Notes under the pieces: model-generated
Told to the model about the DNA's origin: nothing
What the model saw: only the letters and a program-made list of their open reading frames with translations
Database searches by the model: none
Origin: Verrucomicrobiota bacterium
Lineage (GTDB): Bacteria; Verrucomicrobiota; Verrucomicrobiia; Palsa-1439
Direction: 5' to 3'
Length of the DNA stretch: 64,000 nt
Assembly: GCA_016871575.1 (NCBI GenBank)
Contig: VHCW01000001.1
Span: 35,731 to 99,730, forward strand
Shown: positions 26,782-36,326 of the stretch, one piece after another
Position numbering within the stretch: the first letter of the stretch is position 1
Layout: each line of letters starts with the position of its first letter
Translations under genes and position numbers: made by a program

Positions 26782-29226
26782 TCAGCCCCAGAAGCGGCAA
26801 AGTTCTGTCTCCAACCCTTCGTGGCCGCGCGCTTCCACCAGCGCCTCCGACCAGTCCGGCGGAAACAGTGTCGTGTACTGCGTCTGCTTGAACCGCTGGC
26901 AGACCAGCACCGCCACGCCGCGATCCGTCTCATTGCGGATGAGCCGGCCGACGGATTGAATCACCCGGTTCATGCCGGGATAGAGGTACGCAAACGCGAA
27001 ACCTTTCCCGTGCTTCTGGTCGTAGTAGCGGCGCATCAGCTCGCGCTCGAAACTGACCTGCGGCAACGCCGGGCTGACGACGATGACGCCGATCAATTGC
27101 TCGCCGGCGAAGTCCACGCCCTCGGCAAACAAGCCGCCCTGCACTGCCAACACCAATTTCGGCGGTTCTGTTGTTTGCAGCGAGGACAGCAACTCCGCCC
27201 GCTGGGCTTCGTTCATCTTCGGCGTTTGCACGAGCAATTCTATTCCACCATCGTCAAGCCGGTCCGCCACTGATTTCAGGAAGTCGTAGCTTGGAAACAA
27301 TGCCATGTAGTTGCCGCGCCGGGCCTGCGCGGTCGCCGCGATGATGTCGGCGATTTTGCCGTAGTTGGCCCCGCGCGCCCGGTACGTTGTCAGCACGTTC
27401 GGCACGACAATGATCCGACGGTTCTCCTTGGGAAACGGCGACGGCAGACTCAACGTGTCTGTCCGTTCCGCGCCGAAGCCGAGCATCTGACGGTAAAAAT
27501 TCATCGGCGCCAAGGTCGCCGACATCGCGATGACGCTGTGAAATCCATCGAGGCGCTCCGCCAACAGTCGCGACGGGTCTTTGCACACGATTTGAAGCGC
27601 CTGGCCCGGCGACGAATCGAACACGTGCGAAAATTCCTCGCCGTCCATTGCCAGCACCGCGCAGTACCGGCTGAACTCGGAGAAGAACTCCTCGACCGGA
27701 TCATCGGGAATCGCGCGCCCGCCGGTCGCCTTGTCGAGTTGGTAGCGGATGGCGAGTTTGTTGAATGCCGCCTTCAAATCCTCGAAGTGCGCCCGCGGCG
27801 CATCAACGACAATTTTCTCCGCCGCCGCACGCGGTTCCTCATCCTCCAACTGGCTGCACTCGTCGCCTTGCCGCCGGGCGAGCGACTCGAACACATCGTC
27901 AATCACGCTGAGCCATTTGCGGATGTCCCTGGCCAGCGATGGTTCGAGGTGACGGAGGTTTTTGCCGACTTCGTGAAGTTGCCGGCGCCGCAACACCGGC
28001 GAATAGTAGTCCATCGCGCGCTGGAGAAGATTGTGCGCCTCGTCAATCACCAGCACCGCGTCGGAGTAATCTTCGTCGAGGAAGAACCGGCGGAAATAAA
28101 CCTGCGGATCGAACACGTAGTTGTAGTCGCACACGATCGCGTCGGTCATCTCCGCCAGCATCAACGCGAGCTCGAACGGACAGACGCTTACGCCGCGCCC
28201 GGCGTCCATTGCCATCTGCGGCGTGACGAGCCGTTTGTCGAGCAACCGCTCCAGCGCGCCGGTCTGCTGGACTTTCAGCGTCATGTTCTGGAGGAACGGG
28301 CAGAACTCCTCGCGGCAGGCATAGACGGAGTTGATGCACATCTTTTCCCGCGCATGGATCTGGACGGCGCTGTTGCCCATCGGCCGCACCGTCGCCATCG
28401 CAATCGCCTGTTGCGTGTTCTTCGCCGTCACAAAAAACACGCGGCGGTCGTTCGCCAGCGCGTCCTTCACGACCGGGAAAAGCGCACCCGCCGTCTTGCC
28501 GATGCCGGAAGGCGCGTTGACGAGCAGGTGCCGGCCTGATGCCAGCGCGCGCTCGACGCCGGCGATCATCTCGTCCTGATGCCGGCGCGGCTTGGGATGC
28601 GGGAAGGCCAGCCCGCCTGCAAGCAAACGGCGCGCCGCGTGTTGGCGTTCCTCCTCGACGGCCCGCGCGATGAGGAGGCGGACCCGCTCGGCAATCAGCT
28701 GCCCGCAATCGTCAAACGGCCCGGCGAACTCAAACTCCTTGCGCGCGCCGTCCGCGACGTTGATGAACACCAACCGTCCGAGCGTCACCTTCTGTTCCTG
28801 CACCGTGATGAAGAAACAATAGAGACGGAGTTGTTCCACATAGTGCGGGTGCGTGTCAGCCGCCAATGCTCCGAATGAGGGCGGCGCGAGCACGACGGAC
28901 TTGATTTCCTCGATGATCGTCGGTTCGCCTCGAAACACGCCGTCAATCCGTCCTTGGATGGTCACGGCGAATCCGTCCACGTCGGTCTTGTGGCGCACAG
29001 TGATTTCGCTCGCATAAGCAGCGTGCCGATTGGCCTGCGCACATTGATAGTCCGCGTGCGCCTCGCGTCCCAAGTTCATCCGCACGAACGCGCTGACGCC
29101 GCCAATGCGCCCGGCCGTGGCCAACGACTCGGCCAGTAGATCGCCGACGCCCAGCGAGACCTTCTTGTTCTTGAGATCAATTCGGACTGCCATCGGCCGG
29201 AGAACATACAACGCCGTCTTGCGCAT
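26782..29226 (-). CDS. DinG/XPD (Rad3) family Fe-S helicase with a ~200-aa N-terminal extension resembling a PD-(D/E)XK nuclease.
   Basis: NAPSGIGKT Walker A; VIDEAHNL DEAH box; Cys-rich Fe-S insert (MCINSVYACREEFCPFL). The N-terminal segment has ..IDGVFRGEPTIIEEIKS.., compatible with a D...E.K nuclease motif. Confidence 0.72.
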   Translation of the reverse strand: MRKTALYVLRPMAVRIDLKNKKVSLGVGDLLAESLATAGRIGGVSAFVRMNLGREAHADYQCAQANRHAAYASEITVRHKTDVDGFAVTIQGRIDGVFRGEPTIIEEIKSVVLAPPSFGALAADTHPHYVEQLRLYCFFITVQEQKVTLGRLVFINVADGARKEFEFAGPFDDCGQLIAERVRLLIARAVEEERQHAARRLLAGGLAFPHPKPRRHQDEMIAGVERALASGRHLLVNAPSGIGKTAGALFPVVKDALANDRRVFFVTAKNTQQAIAMATVRPMGNSAVQIHAREKMCINSVYACREEFCPFLQNMTLKVQQTGALERLLDKRLVTPQMAMDAGRGVSVCPFELALMLAEMTDAIVCDYNYVFDPQVYFRRFFLDEDYSDAVLVIDEAHNLLQRAMDYYSPVLRRRQLHEVGKNLRHLEPSLARDIRKWLSVIDDVFESLARRQGDECSQLEDEEPRAAAEKIVVDAPRAHFEDLKAAFNKLAIRYQLDKATGGRAIPDDPVEEFFSEFSRYCAVLAMDGEEFSHVFDSSPGQALQIVCKDPSRLLAERLDGFHSVIAMSATLAPMNFYRQMLGFGAERTDTLSLPSPFPKENRRIIVVPNVLTTYRARGANYGKIADIIAATAQARRGNYMALFPSYDFLKSVADRLDDGGIELLVQTPKMNEAQRAELLSSLQTTEPPKLVLAVQGGLFAEGVDFAGEQLIGVIVVSPALPQVSFERELMRRYYDQKHGKGFAFAYLYPGMNRVIQSVGRLIRNETDRGVAVLVCQRFKQTQYTTLFPPDWSEALVEARGHEGLETELCRFWG

Positions 29227-29257
29227 GTCCCGCCTTTTGCGTTAGAATTCCCTCACC

Positions 29258-30328
29258 ATGACTGAACTCACCTCCGCTGAACGTGTCCGTCGAGTCCTGC
29301 AGCGACAGGAACCCGACCGCATCCCTCACTTCGAGTGGATCATTGATCGCAAGGTCCGCAACGCCATCCTCCCCGGCGCCAACATGGAGGAGTTCACCGT
29401 CCGCATGGGACTCGACGCCATCCTCGTCGGCCCCGACTACAAGAAGGAGCAGATCGCGCCGAACCAGATCCGTAACGAATGGGGCGCCATCCTCGAATAC
29501 GGCGAGGAAGAATACGGCATGCCCGTCGGCGGCCCGATCAAGACCATCGAAGACCTCAATATCTACACCCCTCCCGACCCGCTGGCGACGGGCCGGTTCG
29601 CCAGCCTCGAACGCGTCGTCAAAACATACAAAGGCAAACTCGCCATCGGCATCCATCTCAACGACGTCCTCTCGATTCCGCGAAACTTGATGGGCTTCGA
29701 GTATCTTCTCGAAGCGTTCGCTGCCGAGCCGGAACTCATCAGCGGCCTCGTCGAGATGTCCGTCGCCACCAACATCAAACTTGCGCAGGAAGCCGCCCGG
29801 CGCGGCGCCGAGTTTGTCGTCACCGGCGACGATTACGCCTCGACCGAATCGCCGTTCATGTCGCCGACGATGTTCCGCGAACTGCTCTGGCCCGGTCTCA
29901 AACGCGTCATCGCCGGGTTTCACGATGCCGGGCTGATTCACATCAAGCACACCGACGGCAATATCCGTCCGTTGCTCGATATGATCCTCGACAGCGGCAT
30001 TGATTGTCTCGACCCGATTGACCCTCTGGCTGGGATGGACATTGGCGAGTTGAAACAGAAGTACGGCCACAAGATTGCGCTGAAAGGCAACGTGGACTGC
30101 GCCCACACGTTGACCAACGGCACCGAGCGCCAGGTCGTTGACGAGACCCGCGAAGTCATCCGCAAAGCCGCCACCGGCGGCGGCCTCATCGTTTCGTCGA
30201 GCAACAGCATCCACTCCGGCGTCAAACCCGGCAACTACCTCGCCATGTGGAACGCCATCCGCGCCTACGGCCAGTACCCGATCCAATTGGATGGTTGGCA
30301 AGGCACCGGCGCGCATGTCTCGTTCTAA
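29258..30328 (+). CDS. Uroporphyrinogen decarboxylase (URO-D) family protein; the non-heme URO-D-like type common in sugar-utilisation loci.
   Basis: 356 aa with the typical URO-D-family architecture. The family call is weak. Confidence 0.6.
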   Translation: MTELTSAERVRRVLQRQEPDRIPHFEWIIDRKVRNAILPGANMEEFTVRMGLDAILVGPDYKKEQIAPNQIRNEWGAILEYGEEEYGMPVGGPIKTIEDLNIYTPPDPLATGRFASLERVVKTYKGKLAIGIHLNDVLSIPRNLMGFEYLLEAFAAEPELISGLVEMSVATNIKLAQEAARRGAEFVVTGDDYASTESPFMSPTMFRELLWPGLKRVIAGFHDAGLIHIKHTDGNIRPLLDMILDSGIDCLDPIDPLAGMDIGELKQKYGHKIALKGNVDCAHTLTNGTERQVVDETREVIRKAATGGGLIVSSSNSIHSGVKPGNYLAMWNAIRAYGQYPIQLDGWQGTGAHVSF

Positions 30329-30331
30329 GCC

Positions 30332-31861
30332 ATGAACTACCTTGTTGGCATTGATCTTGGTTCGACCAGCCTGAAAGTGGTCATCTTCGACACCGATGGT
30401 CGCGTCGTGTCCGCCGCGAACCGCCCGACGGAGTTGTTTCATCCGTACCCGGACAATCCGCAGTGGGCAACATGGGACCCGCAACAAATCTGGAACGGCG
30501 TGTGCGAAGCTTGTTGTGAAGCGGTCGCGCACCTCGACGACATGAAGAGTATCCGCGCCGTTGCGGTCACCGGCATGGGCATGGACGGTGTGCCGATAGA
30601 CAAAGACGGCAAGTGGCTCTATCCGTTCATCAGTTGGCATTGTCCGCGCACCGCGCCGCAGCATCAGTGGTGGCTCGAACACATCGGTGCCGCGAAACAG
30701 TTCTCCATCACCGGCAATCCCGTCTGGGCGATCAACACCGCGTTGCGCCTGCGCTGGATGCGCGAACACGAACCCGCCATCCTCGACAAAGCCGACAAGT
30801 GGCTTCTCATCGAGGACTTCCTTAACTTCCAACTCTGCGGCGAACGCGCCACCGACTACTCGATGGCGTCGAACACGCTGCTCTTTGACCAGCGCACGCG
30901 CGCTTACTCCGACGAGTTGCTGAAACTTTCCGGCATCGAGCGCCGGTTGCTCTGCGAGCCGAGACCGAGCGGGACGTTGCTCGGCAAAGTTCATCAGGCT
31001 GCCGCCGACGTCACTGGCTTGCCGGTGGGCACGCCGGTCGTGCTCGGCGGACACGATTTCCTGTGCGGCTGCCTGCCGGTCGGCGCGTTCAAACCCGGCG
31101 TCGTCCTCGACGTGACGGGGACGTGGGAAATCATCGTGACCGCCGCGTCGAAACCGATTCTCACCGATGCGGCGCGTGAAATGGGGTTGTGGATTGACTC
31201 CCATGTGGCGCGCGACATGTATGCGGCGATGGGATCCGCCGTGTCCGCTGACATGCTTGAATGGTTCCGTCGAAACTTTGGTTTTGAGGAAGCGCAGAAA
31301 GCGCCGACCGAAGGAGGCGCAGACTGGGATTACCTCATGGCCGCCGCTGCCGCCGCGCCAGCGGGTTGCGATGGCGTGATGTTCCTGCCGCACATGTCCG
31401 GCAGCACGATGCCCGTGATTGACCCGCAATCGCGCGGCGCGTTCATCGGCTTGCGCAACACGGCAACCAAAGGCCACATGCTCCGCGCGGTGATCGAGGG
31501 ACTCAACTACCAGTTCCTCCAGATCCTCGCCGGGCTGGACAAAGGTCTCGGTTTGCGTTGCGACAAGCTCATCGCCGTCGGCGGCGGGACGCGCAATCAA
31601 TTCTGGATGCAGAACCGGGCCGACATGCTCGGCCAGCCGTTTGAGGTCCCCGAAGTCGAGGAAGCCACGCCGCTCGGCGCCGCCATTCTCGCCGGCATCG
31701 GTGTGGGCATTTACCGCGATGAACAAGAGGCGTTCGAGCGTGTCTATCGTCCCGGCAAAGTGTACGAGCCAACGCGCGCATTGGCGGCTGATTACGCTGA
31801 CCGGTTCAAAATCTTCGAGAAACTCTACCCGGCGTTGCAACACATTCACCGCGCACTGTAG
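30332..31861 (+). CDS. FGGY family carbohydrate kinase (xylulokinase/rhamnulokinase-like).
   Basis: N-terminal LVGIDLGSTSLKVVIFD. Length 509 aa. Confidence 0.85.
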   Translation: MNYLVGIDLGSTSLKVVIFDTDGRVVSAANRPTELFHPYPDNPQWATWDPQQIWNGVCEACCEAVAHLDDMKSIRAVAVTGMGMDGVPIDKDGKWLYPFISWHCPRTAPQHQWWLEHIGAAKQFSITGNPVWAINTALRLRWMREHEPAILDKADKWLLIEDFLNFQLCGERATDYSMASNTLLFDQRTRAYSDELLKLSGIERRLLCEPRPSGTLLGKVHQAAADVTGLPVGTPVVLGGHDFLCGCLPVGAFKPGVVLDVTGTWEIIVTAASKPILTDAAREMGLWIDSHVARDMYAAMGSAVSADMLEWFRRNFGFEEAQKAPTEGGADWDYLMAAAAAAPAGCDGVMFLPHMSGSTMPVIDPQSRGAFIGLRNTATKGHMLRAVIEGLNYQFLQILAGLDKGLGLRCDKLIAVGGGTRNQFWMQNRADMLGQPFEVPEVEEATPLGAAILAGIGVGIYRDEQEAFERVYRPGKVYEPTRALAADYADRFKIFEKLYPALQHIHRAL

Positions 31862-31938
31862 CGCTTTATTGGGCAACCGGGACGATGCTTGACAGAGCAG
31901 GCAGGCATCCTTATCGTGCCGCAGAGAAGGATTCATCC

Positions 31939-34731
31939 ATGTGCCGCGCACATTTCTTTTGTATGCTGGCAGCCGCGTTGTCCTGTGTGGCCGCGGCCGA
32001 AACATTGACGCGCGAGCGGATTGAGGCTGACTGGCAGCGTCAGGACGAAGTTCGCGGGATTCCGGTCACTGGCGGCCCGGTCACGCCGGAGGAGGACGCA
32101 GCGGGAGGGTGCGACGGCGTGCGTGAGGGCGCGTTTGGATTCCACACCGCGCGGGAAGACCGTCCTTGGTGGCAGGTGGACCTCAAGCGGTCATGGTCGC
32201 TCGATCAGGTGTTGATCTACAACCGTTGCGATGAGCACCCCGAACGCGCTGCCCGACTGATCGTGCTGGTTTCCGCTGACGCGAAGAACTGGCGGGAGGT
32301 TTACCGGCACGACGGCACGGTGTTCTACGGGTACCGCGATGCGCGCCCGTTGTCGGTGAACCTGACGGAGATAACTGCCCGCTACGTCCGCATTCAATTG
32401 CCCGAACAAGACACGTGCCTGCACCTCGACGAGGTGGAAGTTTATGCGGCCAGTCATCGCAATCTTGCGCTTGCCATGCCGGCCATGCAAAGCAGCGTCA
32501 GCCCGTTGTCGCGACGTCATCGTCCCAAACTGATAAAGCCGGAACCGTACTCGGTCGCGCATGTGGTCGAGCGCGGCCTGCAATTGGCCGAAAGCTTGCG
32601 ACGAATGGGCGTCGCGGTTGATGCGGAAGAAACTGCGCTTCAGCAGATGTCCAAAGAACCCAATCGGAAAAACTATTTCCGTGCCCGTTGGATGGTGCGA
32701 GGGCTTGCCTTGCGAAATCCGTTGCTGGATTTTGATCGCGTATTGTTCGTCCAACGCGAGCCAGCGCGGTTCAAGACCAGCGCCAAGTCAGGTTGGTACA
32801 CCCACATGTCCGACCAGTATTACGGCTGGTTCACGCGACCGGGCGGCAGCCTGTATATCTTGGAAAGATTCAAGACCGACAACCCGACTGTTCGCTGCCT
32901 GACGCCATCGTTTGCTCCCGGCACGATTGTCCGACCGGAACTTTCCTATGACGCGAAGAAGGTCTTGTTCGCCTACAGCAAACATTATCCCGGCCTGATT
33001 GACCTGCCGGACAAGCTCGACAAATCGAAGATTCCCGAAGACGCGTTCTTCCAGCTTTACGAAATGCGTCTCGACGGTTCCGGCCTGCGCCGGCTCACGC
33101 ACGGCAAGTATGACAACTTCGACGGCCACTATTTGCCGAACGGCGAGATCGTGTTCCTTTCGACGCGTCGCGGCGAAGACCCGCAATACACGAAGGTCAC
33201 GGCGCGCCAACCGCGCGCGAACCGTTGCGACAGTTACGTCCGTTGCGGCGGCGACGAGTTCCGTCCTGTCGCCGTCTATACGCTGCACGTAATGGACGCC
33301 AACGGCGGGCGCATCCGGCCGATTTCGCCGTTCGAGATGTTCGAGTGGGAACCGAGCGTGGACCACGAAGGCCGGATCATTTACTCGCGCTGGGATTACG
33401 TGGACCGCGAGGCGATGCCGTACATGAGCCTCTGGGCGACATTCCCCGACGGCACCGGCACGCAGGCCATCTTCGGCAACTACACGCTCAATCCACATTG
33501 CATGTTCGAGCCGCGCGCGGTGCCCGGCTCCCGCAAGTTTGTTTTTACCGCCTCGGCGCACCACGCCAACACTGCCGGCAGCCTCGTGTTGCTCGACCCG
33601 CGCAAAGGCACCGACGGCAACGCGGCGATGAGCCGGCTCACGCCCGAAGTGCCGTTCCCCGAAATCGAAGCGTGGCCCGACACCTACTACGCGAATCCGT
33701 ATCCGCTCTCCGAGGAACACTACCTGACCGCGTGGAGCGATCAACCGTTGCGCCAGACCGGCCACGAGCTTGGTGCGGCAGCGATGGGCATTTATCTCTT
33801 CGATGTCTTCGGCAACCTCAACCTGCTCTGGCGTGACGCGACGCTCTCCTGCATGTATCCGATCCCGGTTCGTCCACGGACAGTTCCGCCGCAACTCGCT
33901 GCCACAACAGAGTGGGACGGCCTGCAAACTGGCCGAATGGTGGTGATAGATGTTTACCAAGGCTTGGAAGCTGTTCCGCAGGGAACCGTTCGCGGCCTGC
34001 GGCTCGTCGGTGTCCCGCCCAAGAACCATCCGCGCATGAATTATCCGGTGATGGGACTCACCAGACATGATCCCGGCAAGTTTGTGCTCGGCACCGTGCC
34101 GGTCGAGGCGGACGGCTCTGCTTATTTCGAGGCGCCATCGGGTGTGCCGTTCTTCCTGCAAGCGCTCGACGCCGACGGCATGGCCGTCCAAACCATGCGC
34201 AGCGCGACGTACCTTCAGCCGGGTCAACAAGCCAGTTGCGTCGGCTGCCACGAACACCGCCACACCGCTCCGCCCAGCCGCGCGCCGTTGGCGGTGCGAC
34301 GCGCCCCCTCGCGTATCCAACCCGGCCCTGACGGTTCCTGGCCGTTGAACTATCGAACATTGGTTCAGCCCCTGCTTGAAAAGCATTGTGTCAAATGCCA
34401 TCAACCCGGCGCGGTGGCCGCAAAGTTTGACCTCACGCCGGCAAAGTCGTATCAGTCGCTCGCCAATTATGGCGCTCCGAGCTTGAAAACCCATGTCGTG
34501 ACCTATCATCGCCAAGGCCGCTCATCGCCGGGCACCGGTCCTTCCCGCGAGAGCGCGCTGCTGCGTCACCTTCGCCAAGGACACAATAAGGTGTCGCTAA
34601 GCGCCGACGATTGGAACCGGCTCGTCACGTGGATGGACACCTACGGTCAGCAGTTTGGATCGTTCAGCCCCGCCCAAGAACAGCAGTTGATCGAGCTGCG
34701 CCAGAACATGGCCACCGTGTTGGCGAAGTAA
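31939..34731 (+). CDS. Large secreted protein with an N-terminal F5/8 type C (discoidin) domain, a central beta-propeller-like region and two C-terminal CxxCH motifs.
   Basis: Signal peptide MCRAHFFCMLAAALSCVAAA. WWQVDLKRSWSLDQVLIYNR is the discoidin signature. CVGCH and CVKCH lie near the C-terminus. Start chosen at the signal peptide. Confidence 0.6.
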   Translation: MCRAHFFCMLAAALSCVAAAETLTRERIEADWQRQDEVRGIPVTGGPVTPEEDAAGGCDGVREGAFGFHTAREDRPWWQVDLKRSWSLDQVLIYNRCDEHPERAARLIVLVSADAKNWREVYRHDGTVFYGYRDARPLSVNLTEITARYVRIQLPEQDTCLHLDEVEVYAASHRNLALAMPAMQSSVSPLSRRHRPKLIKPEPYSVAHVVERGLQLAESLRRMGVAVDAEETALQQMSKEPNRKNYFRARWMVRGLALRNPLLDFDRVLFVQREPARFKTSAKSGWYTHMSDQYYGWFTRPGGSLYILERFKTDNPTVRCLTPSFAPGTIVRPELSYDAKKVLFAYSKHYPGLIDLPDKLDKSKIPEDAFFQLYEMRLDGSGLRRLTHGKYDNFDGHYLPNGEIVFLSTRRGEDPQYTKVTARQPRANRCDSYVRCGGDEFRPVAVYTLHVMDANGGRIRPISPFEMFEWEPSVDHEGRIIYSRWDYVDREAMPYMSLWATFPDGTGTQAIFGNYTLNPHCMFEPRAVPGSRKFVFTASAHHANTAGSLVLLDPRKGTDGNAAMSRLTPEVPFPEIEAWPDTYYANPYPLSEEHYLTAWSDQPLRQTGHELGAAAMGIYLFDVFGNLNLLWRDATLSCMYPIPVRPRTVPPQLAATTEWDGLQTGRMVVIDVYQGLEAVPQGTVRGLRLVGVPPKNHPRMNYPVMGLTRHDPGKFVLGTVPVEADGSAYFEAPSGVPFFLQALDADGMAVQTMRSATYLQPGQQASCVGCHEHRHTAPPSRAPLAVRRAPSRIQPGPDGSWPLNYRTLVQPLLEKHCVKCHQPGAVAAKFDLTPAKSYQSLANYGAPSLKTHVVTYHRQGRSSPGTGPSRESALLRHLRQGHNKVSLSADDWNRLVTWMDTYGQQFGSFSPAQEQQLIELRQNMATVLAK

Positions 34732-34858
34732 AATACTCCGTTTACGGCTGCTCAGTTCTGAGGGTTGTCAGGACTCGACCCCACCGATTATGAGAACTCG
34801 GCCCCGATTCCCTTTACCTGCGAGCACTGATCAAACTCGAAGGTATAAATCCCTAGCG

Positions 34859-35986
34859 TTACCTGTAGGTTTTCTTTTTACAAAGTATAGGCATTTGTGA
34901 GTTCGACGATGATCCCATATCAAGCAGGTGGTCTTGGATTGTATCAATCGCTTTCCAACCGGGAGGGATGCGGGAGTCGTGTCGTTCAATGAATCGGTGC
35001 GTCCAACTGGTGGAACTCGTATGGAAGCCAATTATCGCCTTGGAGCAATATTCAGTCAGTCCCACTGCGTCAAGGAGCACCCGGATGTCTCCAGGGTAGC
35101 GTACGAGGTCTTGCCAATCAGCGACATCATAATCAACCCCGAATTCCGCTCTAACTGCGCCTAGAATGTCATCAGAAATTCTGTATTTCCTCTTTGTAAT
35201 GCGAAACCGAAGCGCATTTGCCCTCTCGACGGTTGACATTGATGCCTTCAAGTCTAAGTTTGCTGGCCAGCACCCTTGGAATAAGGTCACCCCGTCTGCT
35301 CCAATTATCTTCAAGGCTATACCTGTTATATTGGGAGGGCGGAACTTTATGGTTTCTTGGAAAGAACCAGACCGTCTGGTCGCCGACCCGCACTTCGTCG
35401 TGAAACCGGGACAATCAACGATTACGGCTTTCCCCGCTGCAATTGGCGGCACATGAACCCGGTCTATCTGCATCGCGTGTGCAGATTTGTCAGATTTTAT
35501 AATCACATTCTGTGGCGGAATTGTCAGATGTTCCGAATCGAGAGGCGATGGATACGCTTCGAATCTGTAAGAAGCATCTATTACGAGTCCTTGTAGTGAT
35601 AGGGTGCTTTGGGAGAGCCTGACTCGAAGAAACTGGCGCAGTAGACTGGGTTTTCGCACGAAGGTGTAATGAATAACAACGAGAGGACGATGTTCGGTGT
35701 TTCGATCTTCTTCCAAAGGAATTGAGGAATCGTTCTCGTTGATTTGAGCGATCACCGCTTGAACTGCAAATGGCGGACTCCTGCTTGCCGGAATGTAAAG
35801 ATTGAGTGGGAGACTGGAAGAAAGTCGAGGAGCTTTTGAGACGTCTGAATAGAATTCCGCTTCAGCCGCCGATACCTCCTTCCGAGCAAGATTCTCTATC
35901 GTATCTTTGGCAATCGTTGAACCAGAATACATGACTGTGATTGTGGAACATATGATCAATATCAGTGTTTTCATATGAGAGTCCAT
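34859..35986 (-). CDS. Orphan secreted hypothetical protein encoded on a low-GC islet.
   Basis: Signal peptide MKTLILIICSTITVMYS. The GC content of 34740..36330 is visibly lower than the flanks. No motifs recognised. Confidence 0.5.
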   Translation of the reverse strand: MDSHMKTLILIICSTITVMYSGSTIAKDTIENLARKEVSAAEAEFYSDVSKAPRLSSSLPLNLYIPASRSPPFAVQAVIAQINENDSSIPLEEDRNTEHRPLVVIHYTFVRKPSLLRQFLRVRLSQSTLSLQGLVIDASYRFEAYPSPLDSEHLTIPPQNVIIKSDKSAHAMQIDRVHVPPIAAGKAVIVDCPGFTTKCGSATRRSGSFQETIKFRPPNITGIALKIIGADGVTLFQGCWPANLDLKASMSTVERANALRFRITKRKYRISDDILGAVRAEFGVDYDVADWQDLVRYPGDIRVLLDAVGLTEYCSKAIIGFHTSSTSWTHRFIERHDSRIPPGWKAIDTIQDHLLDMGSSSNSQMPILCKKKTYR

Positions 35987-36181
35987 CAGCCTCCGACGGT
36001 GATGCTCATTTCGTTGCTCCATTGGCCGACTTGTTGGTCGCCGACACGATAAATGGCGCGGTATTTCCATTTGACCAGCGTGGCGGGTGGCGGACAGGTG
36101 TCGGTGTAGCCGGGTGTGGTGTCGAACGCGAACTTCATCCAGCAATGAAGTACGGTAATCGGCGAGAGAAAGAAGTCGGTC

Positions 36182-36220
36182 GCTATTCGCTGTTGCGCTG
36201 TTGCGCTGTTGCGCTGTTGC
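36182..36220. repeat. 8-bp tandem repeat, (gctgttgc)x4 plus one degenerate copy, in the upstream region of the low-GC gene.
   Basis: Read directly: cgctattcgctgttgcgctgttgcgctgttgcgctgttgccagag. A second repeat, atttttgctgct x2, lies at 36295..36318. Confidence 0.8.
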
Positions 36221-36326
36221 CAGAGATGAAGCGTGTCATTTCATTTGTCTCCGGTCGGCATCTATAAGGCTCCGGTTTCCCAAAAGTCAATGTTATTTTT
36301 GCTGCTATTTTTGCTGCTGGCAAATC

